The translations under genes and the position numbers were made by a program. Below the pieces are notes generated by a model, which was not told where the DNA came from, did not search any database, and saw only the letters and a program-made list of their open reading frames with translations. A stretch of 53,237 nt of DNA, filler included, from Porpidia crustulata (taxonomy: Eukaryota), in the NCBI GenBank assembly GCA_964255105.1. It is 3 parts of 3 records of this genome, joined end to end, with 100 filler letters (N's around TTAATTAATTAA, not from the genome) between each part and the next. Parts side by side here need not be neighbours in the genome. Positions count along the whole stretch, not along the records: positions 35,604 to 53,237 come from CAXUWE010000210.1; 2 more parts are not named here. The stretch is one strand, 5' to 3'. Below are positions 38,087-49,689 of this stretch, in pieces (within the stretch, counting starts at the first letter, position 1; each line of letters starts with the position of its first letter).

Positions 38087-39485
38087 CTAGCTGACCATGA
38101 CGCTCGTGGACTTGTAGATCCCGCTACCGCTCTTGCCCTGCGCCTCCAGTCCCCTCAGATGCTCCTCGCTGCTGCTGGCGCCAAACGAAGGCCTATCGCC
38201 GCCGGCCGTGGCGCTGCAGACGTAATTCTCGCCAGCGTAATTGCTAGAGTAGGGATCGTTCCAGCCGGGCCCGTGGCCCAACTCCGAGTCCATGTGCCTG
38301 GGCCGCTTTGCGGAGCTCTGGGCTGCATCGCGCGAGGCGGAAGATTTGTCGTACAGGCGGGACATTTTGATGGCGCCGCGGGGACGGCCCATCAGGCTGG
38401 GGAAGAAGCGGTCGATGAGGGGTTTGAAATGAGGCAGGGAGGCGCAGACGACGCCGACGTTGCATTCGATCGAGGACCAGACGGCGGCGCCGAAGTTGTT
38501 GTCTTGCGGGTTCTGTCAGCTGTTTGTTTCTTGCATCAATAGGAGGAGTGGCTCACAAGAGGGGTCGGGGGTGTTCTGGGCGACTTTCAAGGAGTTGAGC
38601 CGGACCATGCCGGTGACGACGACGAAACCGCCGACGGCGAAGACCAGCATGAGAGCGACCTTTTGCCTCTTTGGAATTTGGATCTCGTACAGCATCTTCA
38701 TGGGTAGGATGTATATGACTGCATCTTGGAAGATATCCAGCCCGGCGTTTGCGAAAAATAGAGCATTGACGTTCAAGCAAACCCCCGGGACGACCTTGGC
38801 CGCGTCCCAGGCCTTGTGGATGGGAGTACATTGGAATATGCTGGCCATCACGCAGGCAACGGCAGAGGCAATGACGAAAGCCATGCACGCCCAGATGAGT
38901 CTCCGATATGTCCTTTGAACCGCAAGACGAAGGTATAATATAAGAACTGCGATCTTTGTGACGGCTACGCACAGGTAGTATATGATTTCGCCAAAATAGT
39001 ACAGCTTTTGCTGGAGTCAGCATTTGGGCATGTCTTATCAAATAGGTCTAGGATATTTCACCTCTAGAGAAGCACTGAAATTCGTGTCAGGTGGTAAATC
39101 ATAGATGTGTTGACCAAGCCCAAATTTCGTTTCTAGTATTGGCAGTCAGTCGCTGTACGAAGTGATCTATGACTGAGAACAGCAGTGGGGCCTAAAGAGA
39201 CTCAAGAGCAATGGCTGATTTAAGATATTTAGATATGCTGCTTGTTATACACTCACGATTGATAGGATCGAGGTCAAACGCGACAGCAAGTATCCATGCC
39301 ACCAGGATGCACCAGTCATCCGCCCCGAGTCGGCCTTTGACCAGACTCAAACGGATCCAAAATCTGGCAAACACAATGACAGTCACGAGGACCAGCATAG
39401 CGGAACATATTCCTATGATTTGCGGGACCAACGAGTCGTGGGGGAGGTTTGGATCCGTGGGCGCGGAGGGTATGAAAGCAGACAT
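38087..39485 (-). CDS. PTH11-like (fungal rhodopsin-domain) integral membrane protein, intact
   Basis: LGADDWCIL, FGLGQHI, TKIAVLILYLRL, SIFQCTPIHKAWD....GVC, DIFQDAVIYILPM and WSSIECNVGVVCASLP motifs. Introns at 39133-39256, 39005-39061 and 38503-38556. Confidence 0.88.
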
Positions 39486-40683
39486 CTTGCCTCAGAGTGA
39501 GAGTGAGAAGCAATCACGATGCAATAGGAAAGAGACAGGAAGATTTTCAAGTGATGGCAAGAAAAAGCAAATTGTCAGTCCCATAGCTCCCATAGATCCC
39601 CCAAATCACCAAACTTCATTTCATAACGCAGTTATTAGCGATAATGATAAGATTGTAGTGCCATGTGCGCTGCGTGTCAAGCAGGTACCGCTGCTGCATG
39701 TGTTGCTGCAGCTCGAACTCACAGACCCTTTCTAGACTTTCGTTCGTTAGGCGAGATAATGCAGGAGGCATTTGTACAGGATACATGATTGGGAGATTTC
39801 CCTCGGCCAAATCCAGACATGAGGGTATTGATAGTATTGATTGTATTTGTAGTAGGTGATACCGTGCCTGGTATGGGCATCGTTCGTATCATTCGTATCT
39901 TATGTGATTACCGGGGGTCGTATGCTAATCGTCGACCAGTAAGCGGAGATATTTATTCAGGCAACGGTAATGTGGTGTTCCCAATGTGGAAGGCCATAAA
40001 TTCTTTGCTGTACGGCATCGGAAAGGCCAATGCCCAGCTTCGGGGTTGATGCGACTCGCTTCTTTCGAAGGCAGGTATAGATGCCTTAGCTGCTTAGATG
40101 GCATCTAATATGCAGGCTGAGTCACCAAGGTCGGGGGCCGTTCGCGTGGAAACGCGCGATGTGCTCGATAATGTAATTGTCATCTGCTATGTGGATGTAG
40201 AGGATGTGAGATAATGCCAAGTCCAGGTAGGTCAGGTGCATGTAAGGTACATCGTGCTGAACACATGTATAATACGATCTAACGTACCCCACTGTACCAC
40301 CCATCCGAAGTCTACACACCCTCAGTAACTTTGCATTTGCTTTATCTTACCTCAAGATACTGTAGGTACCACCACAAGAGTTCTTACCTAGTCTCGATTT
40401 AGGCGTTGGACTGAGCCTCTCGAGTTGAGCCCCCAACCCCCCCCGAATTATCTGATGTTGCTGCTCCGTAAGTGACTTGAGTGGATATTGATGTTGGCGA
40501 AGTGTTTCTTAGACGACCAAACTGCTTCCACTATTTCATGATTGATTAATTAATTCGTATGTGCCATCTTGATCGATACCAACACCAAAACAAGAATTCA
40601 TCTCTTCCTCTTCTATTGCCTGCCAAAATACGCAAAATACCAGCAACCACTGCAATCAAGGATACAACCAATTCCCCGTCATC

Positions 40684-42100
40684 ATGCCCGTGGATTTTCT
40701 TCTTTCCCCTGGCGAGGAAGGCATCCGCAAAGCCGCAGCTGGTTTTGCAGCTGGTCCGCTCAAGGACGCCAAGCAAGATTACATGAAATACCAACATCAT
40801 CACGAGAGGTTCCAATCAACAAGACCCCTGTACCGTCAAGCCGTGGCGGGAGGCTTGATCAAGGGGCAGATCCCCACTCACCTGGGAGGAGCCGGCGGCA
40901 GCTTGATCGAAGCTGCCATATTGGTCGAAGAAATGTACACGGTCGAGCCGGCCGTGTCGCTAACGATCTTCTCCACAGGTCTAGGTTTGACGCCGCTGAA
41001 TCTGACGGGGAAGCCGGAGCATGCGGAATTTCTGGAACCGTTTCTGAGCGGCGAGGGGGAGCCGCTGGCAAGCTTGGTGTTCTCGGAGCCAGGGGGTGTG
41101 GCGAATTATCTGGAGAAGGGTGCACCGGGGCTCAATACGACCGCGAAGCCCGAAGGTGACGAATGGGTACTTAACGGGGAAAAGGTATGAGAGAAACGAC
41201 GGTGCAAAGCGTGCCTATGGGACCGGCCAACCCTTCTTCACGTGAGCTAATCAGTAGGATAGATCTGGGCCACTAATTGTGCTGGCTGGGACTTTCGCGG
41301 TGCAGACCTCCAGTGCGTCGTCTGCCGTACTACGAGTCCGAGTTCAGAGGAGCCTGCCGACGGCATTATGATCCTCTTGGTTACAATTGCTGATATTGAT
41401 CGCAACGCCCCTGGTGCATTCAAAGTCTTACGTCAAGTCTCCACCGCAGGCCATACGGCATGCTCAGGGCCGCACATTCAATACACCAACCTCAAGGTTC
41501 CTGCGAAGAATGTCCTGTGCCTGCCAGGTACCGGCGCGCCCATCGTCTCCGCTAGCTTTGACTGTTCTGCGGTCCTGGTAGGAGCCATGAGCGTAGCCAT
41601 CATGCGTGCGGGCTTTGACGCTGCGTTGACATTCGCGAAAGGCGACAACCGCCGAGGCGCATCGGAATTACTGACGAGGCAGGCAGTGGCGGACTTGCTG
41701 AGCGGCATCAAGATGCAAACGGAAGCATGCAGGGCTCTAACGTGGAAAGCCGCCAACTGCCTCGAGCACGGTCCGGGCGACTATAGCGCCAGACGCGAGC
41801 TAGCTTTGGCCGCGAAGATCTACTGCTCGGACGCGTGCACAAGAGCGGTCACTCAGGCCATCAATGTTGTCGGGATGTACGAGTTCCCCTTTTCGCTTTC
41901 TCCGGGCTTACAACTAGCTAACATCGTGGAACAGAAGCGCGTATGATGCGGATCGGCCGTTCGCCGACTTGCTGAACACGGCCATGGTGCTGCCGATCTT
42001 CGACGGTGGGAACGTGGGGGTTAGGCGACGGCACATGCAAGACTTGATGTTGTCGAAAGACTATGACTCGTGGGCGTCGACCTACGGTCCCTCGAAGTAA
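40684..42100 (+). CDS. Nitroalkane oxidase-like flavoenzyme (acyl-CoA dehydrogenase superfamily)
   Basis: Closely follows the Fusarium oxysporum NAO sequence as I recall it: RFQSTRPLYR.AV..GLIK, SGEGEPLASL..SEP.G.AN.L.KG.PGL.TTA, GWD..GADL.CVVCR, GH...SGPH and PIFDGGNVGVRRR with the catalytic Asp. Introns at 41185-41262 and 41877-41934; stop at 42098-42100. Confidence 0.88.
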
Positions 42101-43001
42101 AGTAGTAGGGGGGACTGCCTTCTAGTGATAGTTCAATAAATATCACATCTTGCTCTGGTGAGCTTGACCCTGCAACGCCATCGTCCTAATTCATCGCCCC
42201 TCAGCCATTGTCGCGCGGTCTTCTCCACTGGCAAATCTGGCAAAATTATTCTTTCACAAATGGCACGTATCTTAATCCGCCAGTCTAGAATGCCCATCCA
42301 TAGACGCATCCGATTGATGTACGACAATCTAATGGATGCGGAGCGGCGTTTACAGTTCCGTGAAAGCGACTGAGGACCTAGTCAGCTCTCGCTGTAAACA
42401 AGAACGGTCATGCTTTCTGCTCGGAATCCTTTCCTTTGTGGCAACAATGGGATTGTCCATCACGGGCAAAGAAGACCGCCAGGCTTCAGACAATCGCATT
42501 CCACACAAATCCCATTGTCGAGAGCTCCTGTACTGACGACGAAATATCTTCTGGAAGTGTATCGTGACTAACTTTTTGTCGTTGTGATGTCGAGCCTATA
42601 GTCTGTCAGGATTTGCATGTGTGATTGGCACTGATCCAGCTAAAGAAGAAGCGAATGAAGAGAACCATGTCTCCAGCAGCACTAATACGGTCTGAGCGAC
42701 TCATGCAGTAGGACAAAGAGACGAACGACCACAGAAGCTCAAAGAATGTGCACGACACAATAAGGTATTGTAATCCTACAATGCCGTTTGTTTCAGCAAA
42801 GCAGGAAACCGCGACAAAGAGGTCTTGAAAACGCAACGGATATATGGGCTACAGATGTGGATACCATGATGATTTCCCAGACAATCTTCCATCAAATTCC
42901 GTTTAAATTACACGCTCATAGAACTCCGCCGAAAAACCACGACTTTCCATCTGCAATTATTTTTTTGAAGATCAGGACACCAGCCAAAGACAGACTGCGA
43001 G

Positions 43002-43652
43002 ATGTGCAAGGTATTAGAAATTCTCTACGGCTGCGGCCATCCCCACAGCTATCCCCTGATCCAAGGGTGCCATGCCAGGTGCACTTCAGGTACCAACCTT
43101 TGCGGACACGAGAGCAGAGAGATCATCCAGTCCGTGACCCTGGCAGACTACCCCTACTGCATCGACAATTGCTTCGAAGCGATGAGGCTCGATATCCAGA
43201 TTCGTCATCTCTCGCAAGATGCCGAGCTCCTGAAAGATGCGCGCAACGCCGGCTGGACCGGATCGGACGCCAAGGGATCGTTGTTGGACTTAGAGAGGGA
43301 GTTCGAGCAGGAACTCGACGACTTGAGGGAGGTATGTAGCGTGGCGAAGGAGGACGAAAAGCTAATGCAAGAGACACCCATGGAAAGCGAATACGACGTC
43401 AGCAGAGTAGCGTGGGTGATCCCAGAACGCGATGCCAGCGAAGTATTCGAGAAGAGCGCCACTCCAGTAAGAGCCGCATTCACAACTTTGGATTCTTGCG
43501 CTGAGAATTTGACTGATATCGAATTTGGGACAGATCAATTGGAAAATGACTGGTTTGAGGCATGTCTTGCTCTTGCAGGGTACAACTCCACTCTAATGAC
43601 AAGTCAAACTCCAATACAAGATCTTTCTCATGAAGACGGACGGAGAACGTGA
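43002..43652 (+). CDS. Hypothetical protein with N-terminal Cys/His-rich MC..LE...GCGH motif and acidic helical region; probably truncated by a frameshift
   Basis: 216-aa ORF starting MCKVLEILYGCGH...C...C...CIDNC; paralogous to 44840-45724; the stop follows a CGGA duplication at 43637-43644. Confidence 0.65.
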   Translation: MCKVLEILYGCGHPHSYPLIQGCHARCTSGTNLCGHESREIIQSVTLADYPYCIDNCFEAMRLDIQIRHLSQDAELLKDARNAGWTGSDAKGSLLDLEREFEQELDDLREVCSVAKEDEKLMQETPMESEYDVSRVAWVIPERDASEVFEKSATPVRAAFTTLDSCAENLTDIEFGTDQLENDWFEACLALAGYNSTLMTSQTPIQDLSHEDGRRT

Positions 43653-43962
43653 AGACGAGCAGCATATAGAGCACCTTGTTCAAGCGCAGCAACCATGCGG
43701 AGGACGACTCAATCCTTGCGGCGACGATCAATGCGACGGCGTGCAGGTCCACAATGCACAGCTCAAGCTTCTGCCAATCCGCTGCGACAACGACGGATGC
43801 AACGGTTATCACAGATACACAAACTGCCCTCTTGATCGAAAGTGCAGCACCTGTCACTCCCCGGAGCATTACCGTTTTCAGTGTTCCAATCTTGCGCCAC
43901 ATGCGGCCATGGGCGTCACACATCTAGTAGACTCAGGCGGAGCCGTGGTCAGAACGGATTGA
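43630..43962 (+). other. Out-of-frame C-terminal segment with zinc knuckles, likely the 3' part of the 43002 gene
   Basis: Canonical CCHC knuckle CSTCHSPEHYRFQC (C-x2-C-x4-H-x4-C) preceded by CDNDGCNGYHRYTNC. Deleting one CGGA copy fuses it in frame with 43002. Confidence 0.6.
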
Positions 43963-44839
43963 CCGCTCGAAGCCTAGTACTAACTTATTCCCCAGTAGAC
44001 CGAGGGACATATTGGGGACTTTAGAGCAATGAATCTGGAACCTGATCAGTTAATCGAAGTTAGTGGTGTCCCTGAATATGAATGAAATAGAAATAATCAA
44101 CGGACATCGAATTTGAAGTACAACCGAACGTGATGTGCTTCAACCTTATAAAAAAACATACAATAACGGTGATTTGCTGAACAGAATCGCGACATTGATG
44201 AATTGATATCTTATCCCCGGAAAAGAAACACAAACACAGCTAAGTTGTCGCACATCGTGCCAGTGGTGATGTCGCAAAGTCGAAACAACTTTGACTATGT
44301 CAACATGATAATCGTAAAAAGCAGTTTCAACGTTTCCTTGTAAATACGGAGTTCGAGTTCTGTATAGTATCTCTGCGTAATCGAATATTCATTACACCAT
44401 CCCAACTCACGGGTTGTCCTGATTGTGGAGAATCCGAGAGAATCGATGATACCCGCGAAGAGCCTTCCGAGACGCTTAGAAACTAATGACTTTTCCCCTT
44501 TGATCGGTAAGCCCACGGATACTGTACGACTCCGGGACAAAAACACTTCGTATGAAAGAGATTTTTGCGTATAGATTAAACAAAGGAATCTCGGAAGCAG
44601 TAAAGGGAGTTGCTCCGTGAACAAAGATCCGGAGCCCTCAGACACTTACAATGCTATTCTTTTCTTGACCAAGCCAGTCGCGCAATAATAGCATTGTCTA
44701 GGGCAGCCTGGAGGCGTTGATTCCATTTCTCAATATTTAAGAAATGCCAAATCTCAGAGTTAAAACTCTCATCGCATGAACGAGCATCATAAAAGCTGGT
44801 ACTATTCACACAGAAAACATCCGGCCAGCGCGAAACAGC

Positions 44840-45724
44840 ATGTGCTACATACTCGAACTACACCACGGCTGCGGCCATTTCAACTGTTACACGCTCCAGA
44901 AAGCATGTGAGGAGGGGTGCTTCTATGACGAACAACGCTCCCGAGAAGCGAATTTTGAGGTCGTGGGTGTAACGATAATGCTCGCCCATCAGCTATGCGG
45001 TGCTTGCTTTGCAGAAGTGAAACAAGAGCAACACGATCGATACTCGACCGCGCAAATGGAGCTGGAGCAAGAGTACAGACAAGACCTGGAGACATTGGAG
45101 TCCACGCATCGACTCAGGTCTCAGCTTTTCGAGCAATCGAGATTACCAACATCGGAGACAATGCCAGAATACCTGCACGACTTTGGATGTGATCATGAGC
45201 CTGACGAAACTCAGGTTGACGACAGTGAAGCGATCATGTTCGTTCCCACACTAGACGGGCGAGCAACGCGAGAGCGGATGTCCTCTGGAACTACAGGCTT
45301 TGACAACCTCAGTTGCAACGCGAATCAGCATGTCCTAAACTGTAATACCCATCAAGGTTTGAGGCTCGAAATGCCAGCCAGGAAATGGGACTTGGAGCTC
45401 TCGCGCTATACAGGCCCAAGCACTGAACGCAATAACAGCATATTCAGCGAAGGTATGGTTGGAGGACTCGATTTGCAGGAACCACTCTTCTCCGAGTCGA
45501 TGGCGAACTGTTTACCCCAGAACGCATCTGATTTCCCGATGGCCGATGACATCCTGGATTACCTGTTCGAGGGTATATCCGATTCTCCTGATAATCTGGA
45601 AGAAATGACAGATCATACCGACTCCACGATGATGTCTGTATTCGAAGGAACGCCTCGGCCTTGTGAGGCTGATGAGACATACCAAGCTCTTGAAAGGGAT
45701 ATGGATGAATTCTTCGAGTCTTAA
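44840..45724 (+). CDS. Hypothetical protein with N-terminal Cys/His-rich MC..LE...GCGH motif, coiled-coil-like segment and acidic disordered tail
   Basis: Intact intronless 294-aa ORF whose N-terminal ~80 aa align by eye with the 43002 ORF. Confidence 0.7.
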   Translation: MCYILELHHGCGHFNCYTLQKACEEGCFYDEQRSREANFEVVGVTIMLAHQLCGACFAEVKQEQHDRYSTAQMELEQEYRQDLETLESTHRLRSQLFEQSRLPTSETMPEYLHDFGCDHEPDETQVDDSEAIMFVPTLDGRATRERMSSGTTGFDNLSCNANQHVLNCNTHQGLRLEMPARKWDLELSRYTGPSTERNNSIFSEGMVGGLDLQEPLFSESMANCLPQNASDFPMADDILDYLFEGISDSPDNLEEMTDHTDSTMMSVFEGTPRPCEADETYQALERDMDEFFES

Positions 45725-46134
45725 TTCTTAGATAACCCAGAGGACCCTACACCCACGATTTGAGCATAGATTACTGCCTTAGAGCGTCTGGATTGGCGAA
45801 TCCTTCGGAATGTCTTAGACACTGTCGAATAATCAAGTCCAAATTGCTTCTGATAGTAATGTGCCTTGGCGTGAAGAAGGCAGATAAATATTGAAGTGAA
45901 CTCATGCCATTTAGAACAGACGAAAAGCCAAGACAGGCTCTTCCGGTCTACTTGATTCAATCTTTTCCGACTGTGCATTTTCTACGATATATTAGCATTT
46001 AAAACCGCGTAGAACTCGCCGCTAGTAGACCTACTATCAATAGGTAATTCTCATGGCTAGTAGGAGGGCCCTTAATAAGTTCTGGAACACCCTCAACAAG
46101 CAAATAATAGATTAAGATATTTGTCTAGAAAGCC

Positions 46135-46852
46135 TTAGAAGGGCTTTGCAACTTTCCTACTCTCCTTCAGTCCGGTAACTGGATCTTTGAACTCTTTCCA
46201 AGATATTGGAAACATGGTATTGCCCGCTTCGCTCTTCGCCATGATAACCCCGAGCTCATTCTTAGCCGTGCTGAGATAGTAATTGGACTGATCACCTAGG
46301 CTGATCTGTATCTTGTCAGCGGTCAAAATTCCATTGTGACTGCCCCTCACTCTTTTGCAGATGCTCCTGTAGTCCCCCAAAGTCTAACGTATCTTTCAAG
46401 ACCAAATCACATACCACAACACTCCTCACCACATCCCCGACCCTGAAACTATCCCCTATAATAGCTTTCTCCTTTTCCGTAGCCCTCACATCTTCTCTTC
46501 TCACGACGCCAGCCCACTCATCCGCGCAGACATCCTCCCCGACAACCAAGATTGCCACATTGGCCTGCTTAGTAGCGAGCTTCGTGACGCGGCAGAGTAC
46601 TAGGCTTCCAACTTCAGGAAGGGTATTGGTATTTGAAATGGCTGCTGACGGTACCACGCTGGTAATTGGAGAGGGAAGAAGACGCGGAATTGAGATAATC
46701 GAGATTGTGGAGATGGGGTTGGCATTAGTTTGAGGTGCACCGGCGATGGACGCGTAAACCTGGGAGTCGTGTAGATGTGTACCAGGGCCTGAAAAGTATT
46801 TGGAGGTAGGCCCGAGGAGCTGTCCAGGAAGGGCGAGAGTAGGAATGGCCAT
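46135..46852 (-). CDS. CSL4: Exosome complex component Csl4
   Basis: ALPGQLLG, GPGTH, LPEVGSLVLCRV, GVVRREDVRATEK, SFRVGDVVR, ISLGDQSNYYLSTAKNELGV and ESRKVAKPF motifs; intron at 46306-46414. Confidence 0.93.
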
Positions 46853-47214
46853 TAGAATTAGCAGTGGATGTCAGGATCCGTTTAGCCAGTCTTACGAGGG
46901 GGCAAGAGGTTATAAGCTGTCACTAGGGATACTAGGAGATATATTCCACTTTTAGGTTCCGAGAAAGTGAAATATTTGGTTCTATAATGTTACTAAAACA
47001 ATATAGCTTTCGCCTTGAGTAAGAACTAATTGACTGGCTCAATCGCCAAAGATTTAATCAACGCTTTCAGTGCAGATTCAGACTCCCGCTGGCCATTGCT
47101 TCCGACTGACACCAAATCACGGGGTAGTACCCTGAACGCCCAGCAATATGAAGCAGAGTCCTGCCGAGGTCAACAGAAGTCGTTTGCTTCCTGTACACGC
47201 ATCAAGCAAAAATC

Positions 47215-49224
47215 TCAACCTTCGACTAATGTTGATTTTGGGCCTTTTCCAAGCAACTCCAGAGATCTTCGTGCCAACGCCACTACTTCGCCCTCGCCAT
47301 CTTCGCCATCCTCATCATCAGATTCAATATTCTTATCGGATATAGACTTGATCATCTGGATGACGTCTTCGGTTTTTGAAATGAGACTGATTAACTTTTT
47401 ATCCTCTGACTCGAGGAGCTGGAGCAGGGTCCATATAGCTATATGCTGGAAGGTAGGATCCCCGCTGGCTAAGAATCGGGTAAGATAGCCATGAATACCT
47501 CCATTTGGTTCTGTCCAGTCTTGAATGAATATGGAGTAATCGCCAACTGTAGACATGTTAGCATGGGTCAATATGGCATTGGACGTGGCACTCTGCTAAA
47601 GTCATACCTTTTGAAGAAAGGTTACCCAAAGCTGCAGCACTATTCCCCTGGACCTCAATTGATTCTGAGTCAGTTAGGGGTATTAAGACATCGAATACTC
47701 CAAGGTTTAATAGATGAGATTTGAGTTCATCGCTGAGCGCCAGGACAGCGATTGCGGCTGTCATCTCTGACTGCACACTTAGTGGTACCTCAAGGACGAG
47801 TTGCTTGCATTTCTGGACTGCACCAGCCTCGAGCACTAATTGCTTGTTGCGATCAGAGCTGGCAGCCAAATTTCGTAGAGTGGAAATGGCATGACATTGG
47901 ATCTCCTCGTTATCTGTAGATCCAAGTAGCCCGACTAGAGGCTTCAGGAAAAGGGCCTCGATGATTGGGGATTCGTTCAGAGGATGTATCGAGATATTCC
48001 GTATGCAAGCTACTGCGGATAAGATAAGAGGTAAATATGAGGACTGGAGCAGGCGGAGTAGTGGTGGCAGCCCCTGAGATCGTACTATTTCTAGCTGGTA
48101 CTTCTCATCTGACGCAAGGTTTCTTAGAGCCAACGCAGCTTGGCACTGCACTTTGGGTGATGATGAGTCCATTAAATGGACTAAAGATTGAACGAGACGT
48201 GGCTCAGTCTGGGCAAGTTTCTTTCGGTTGCCAGCATCCACGGCAATGTTGCTCAACGCAGTCGTACAATAGTATTGGACATCAACGTCTTGGGACGATA
48301 AGAGCTGCACTAAGACAGGTATAGCACCAGCGTTGACGAGCTGTTGGCGGTTGTCATCTAAGGTTATTTTTAATGCGGTGTTGGGCTAGGTCAGATTGTG
48401 ATCATGACTAACCTGAGTGCGTCATGTTCAATAAGGCCCCCGTGGCATTTCGTTGGACCCTCATATCTTTGGATTTTGCCAGCCTTGTCAACGGTACCAA
48501 TGCTCCAGACCTGGCTATCTTTGCTTTGTTGTCCTCATGCGTTGCCAGATTTGTAACACAACCCACGGCATTACACTGGACCTCAACATTTGGCGAAGTC
48601 ATTTGCTTTATAAGTGGTGAGAGACCACCCAGAGTGACAATAGCCACCTTATTCTCAGCTATACGGTGTTAGTAATATACCATTCTTCGGAGAGCATTGG
48701 CAATATACTATTGACGGCTAGGTTCCCCAATGCGGCGCTTGCGGCTCGCTGAACTTCAATATCGGAGCTTTGGAGCAGGAAGAGTATTGGCTCAAGGGTG
48801 TAATGATCCACTTCTCTAACGTCTGAATATGCTTCATCAACATGACGCCTGTCGTGTTGGGTACTCTAACCATACCTCTTTCCGTAATCTCAGCGAACGT
48901 TAAGCTTGCACTCCTCTGAAGGTCGACATTCTCAGAATAGACTAGTGTACTCAGCGATCTTAAAGGATCGCCGGTGAAGAAGTCTGTTTCGCCCCTCTGT
49001 CTATTTCGTTAGCATATTTAGGTTGATCGGAAAGCCATGATTGCGAACGTTCTCGAGATACTGCAGTAATTGAGCAACTGCTTCTCGCTCGCTGTCTGCC
49101 AGTGCGGGTTCGTAGAGTCCGGTTCCGGAGCGACCTAAAAGTTTAGGTCAGTCCAAAAGTTCTGGAGTAAGCATGATAGGTGATAATGCATGCCTCTGCA
49201 GCACGACGAACAGCTGTTGCCCAT
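47215..49224 (-). CDS. VAC8: Vacuolar armadillo-repeat protein Vac8
   Basis: Myristoylation/palmitoylation N-terminus [26 protein letters not shown] repeats ([49 protein letters not shown]). Introns at 49135-49193 (GC-AG), 48997-49048, 48823-48875, 48659-48708, 48358-48412 and 47547-47607. Confidence 0.95.
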
Positions 49225-49689
49225 GCCGAGGAGCAAGTGCCTGGAGGCACTGGGTAGCTCGTGTCAACGATACTCGACAATATTTTTCCTGCTAAGCACT
49301 GCATCCATACGTGTCTTCTGAGAGCATCGTGCAAGTTTGAGGAGTAGTGGACACTCAGAGGGAAGGAAGTCTTGTGGTCTAGAAATACCCAGGTGGAAAC
49401 TCACATGCCGCTTGACGCACTCAACAAGGCCGAGTCCAAATTTGGTCTAGCATACCCGGTATAAGGGTCCAAATACCCAAGCGAATATCAATGCCACGGT
49501 GCCACGTAACCAAGCGAGCCAAGTCTTTAAAGAATAAGGATTTCCTTTAAGGCTTCTATCAAATACAGAGGTTCATAACTATGGTACTTAGACTGTTTGA
49601 GGGCCGCTTTTGGGCTGTCTCCAGAATTTCGTTCATGTACAATAATTACACCCGGGTAGTGCTCTTTACTTCCTCATGCGCTCGATTTC

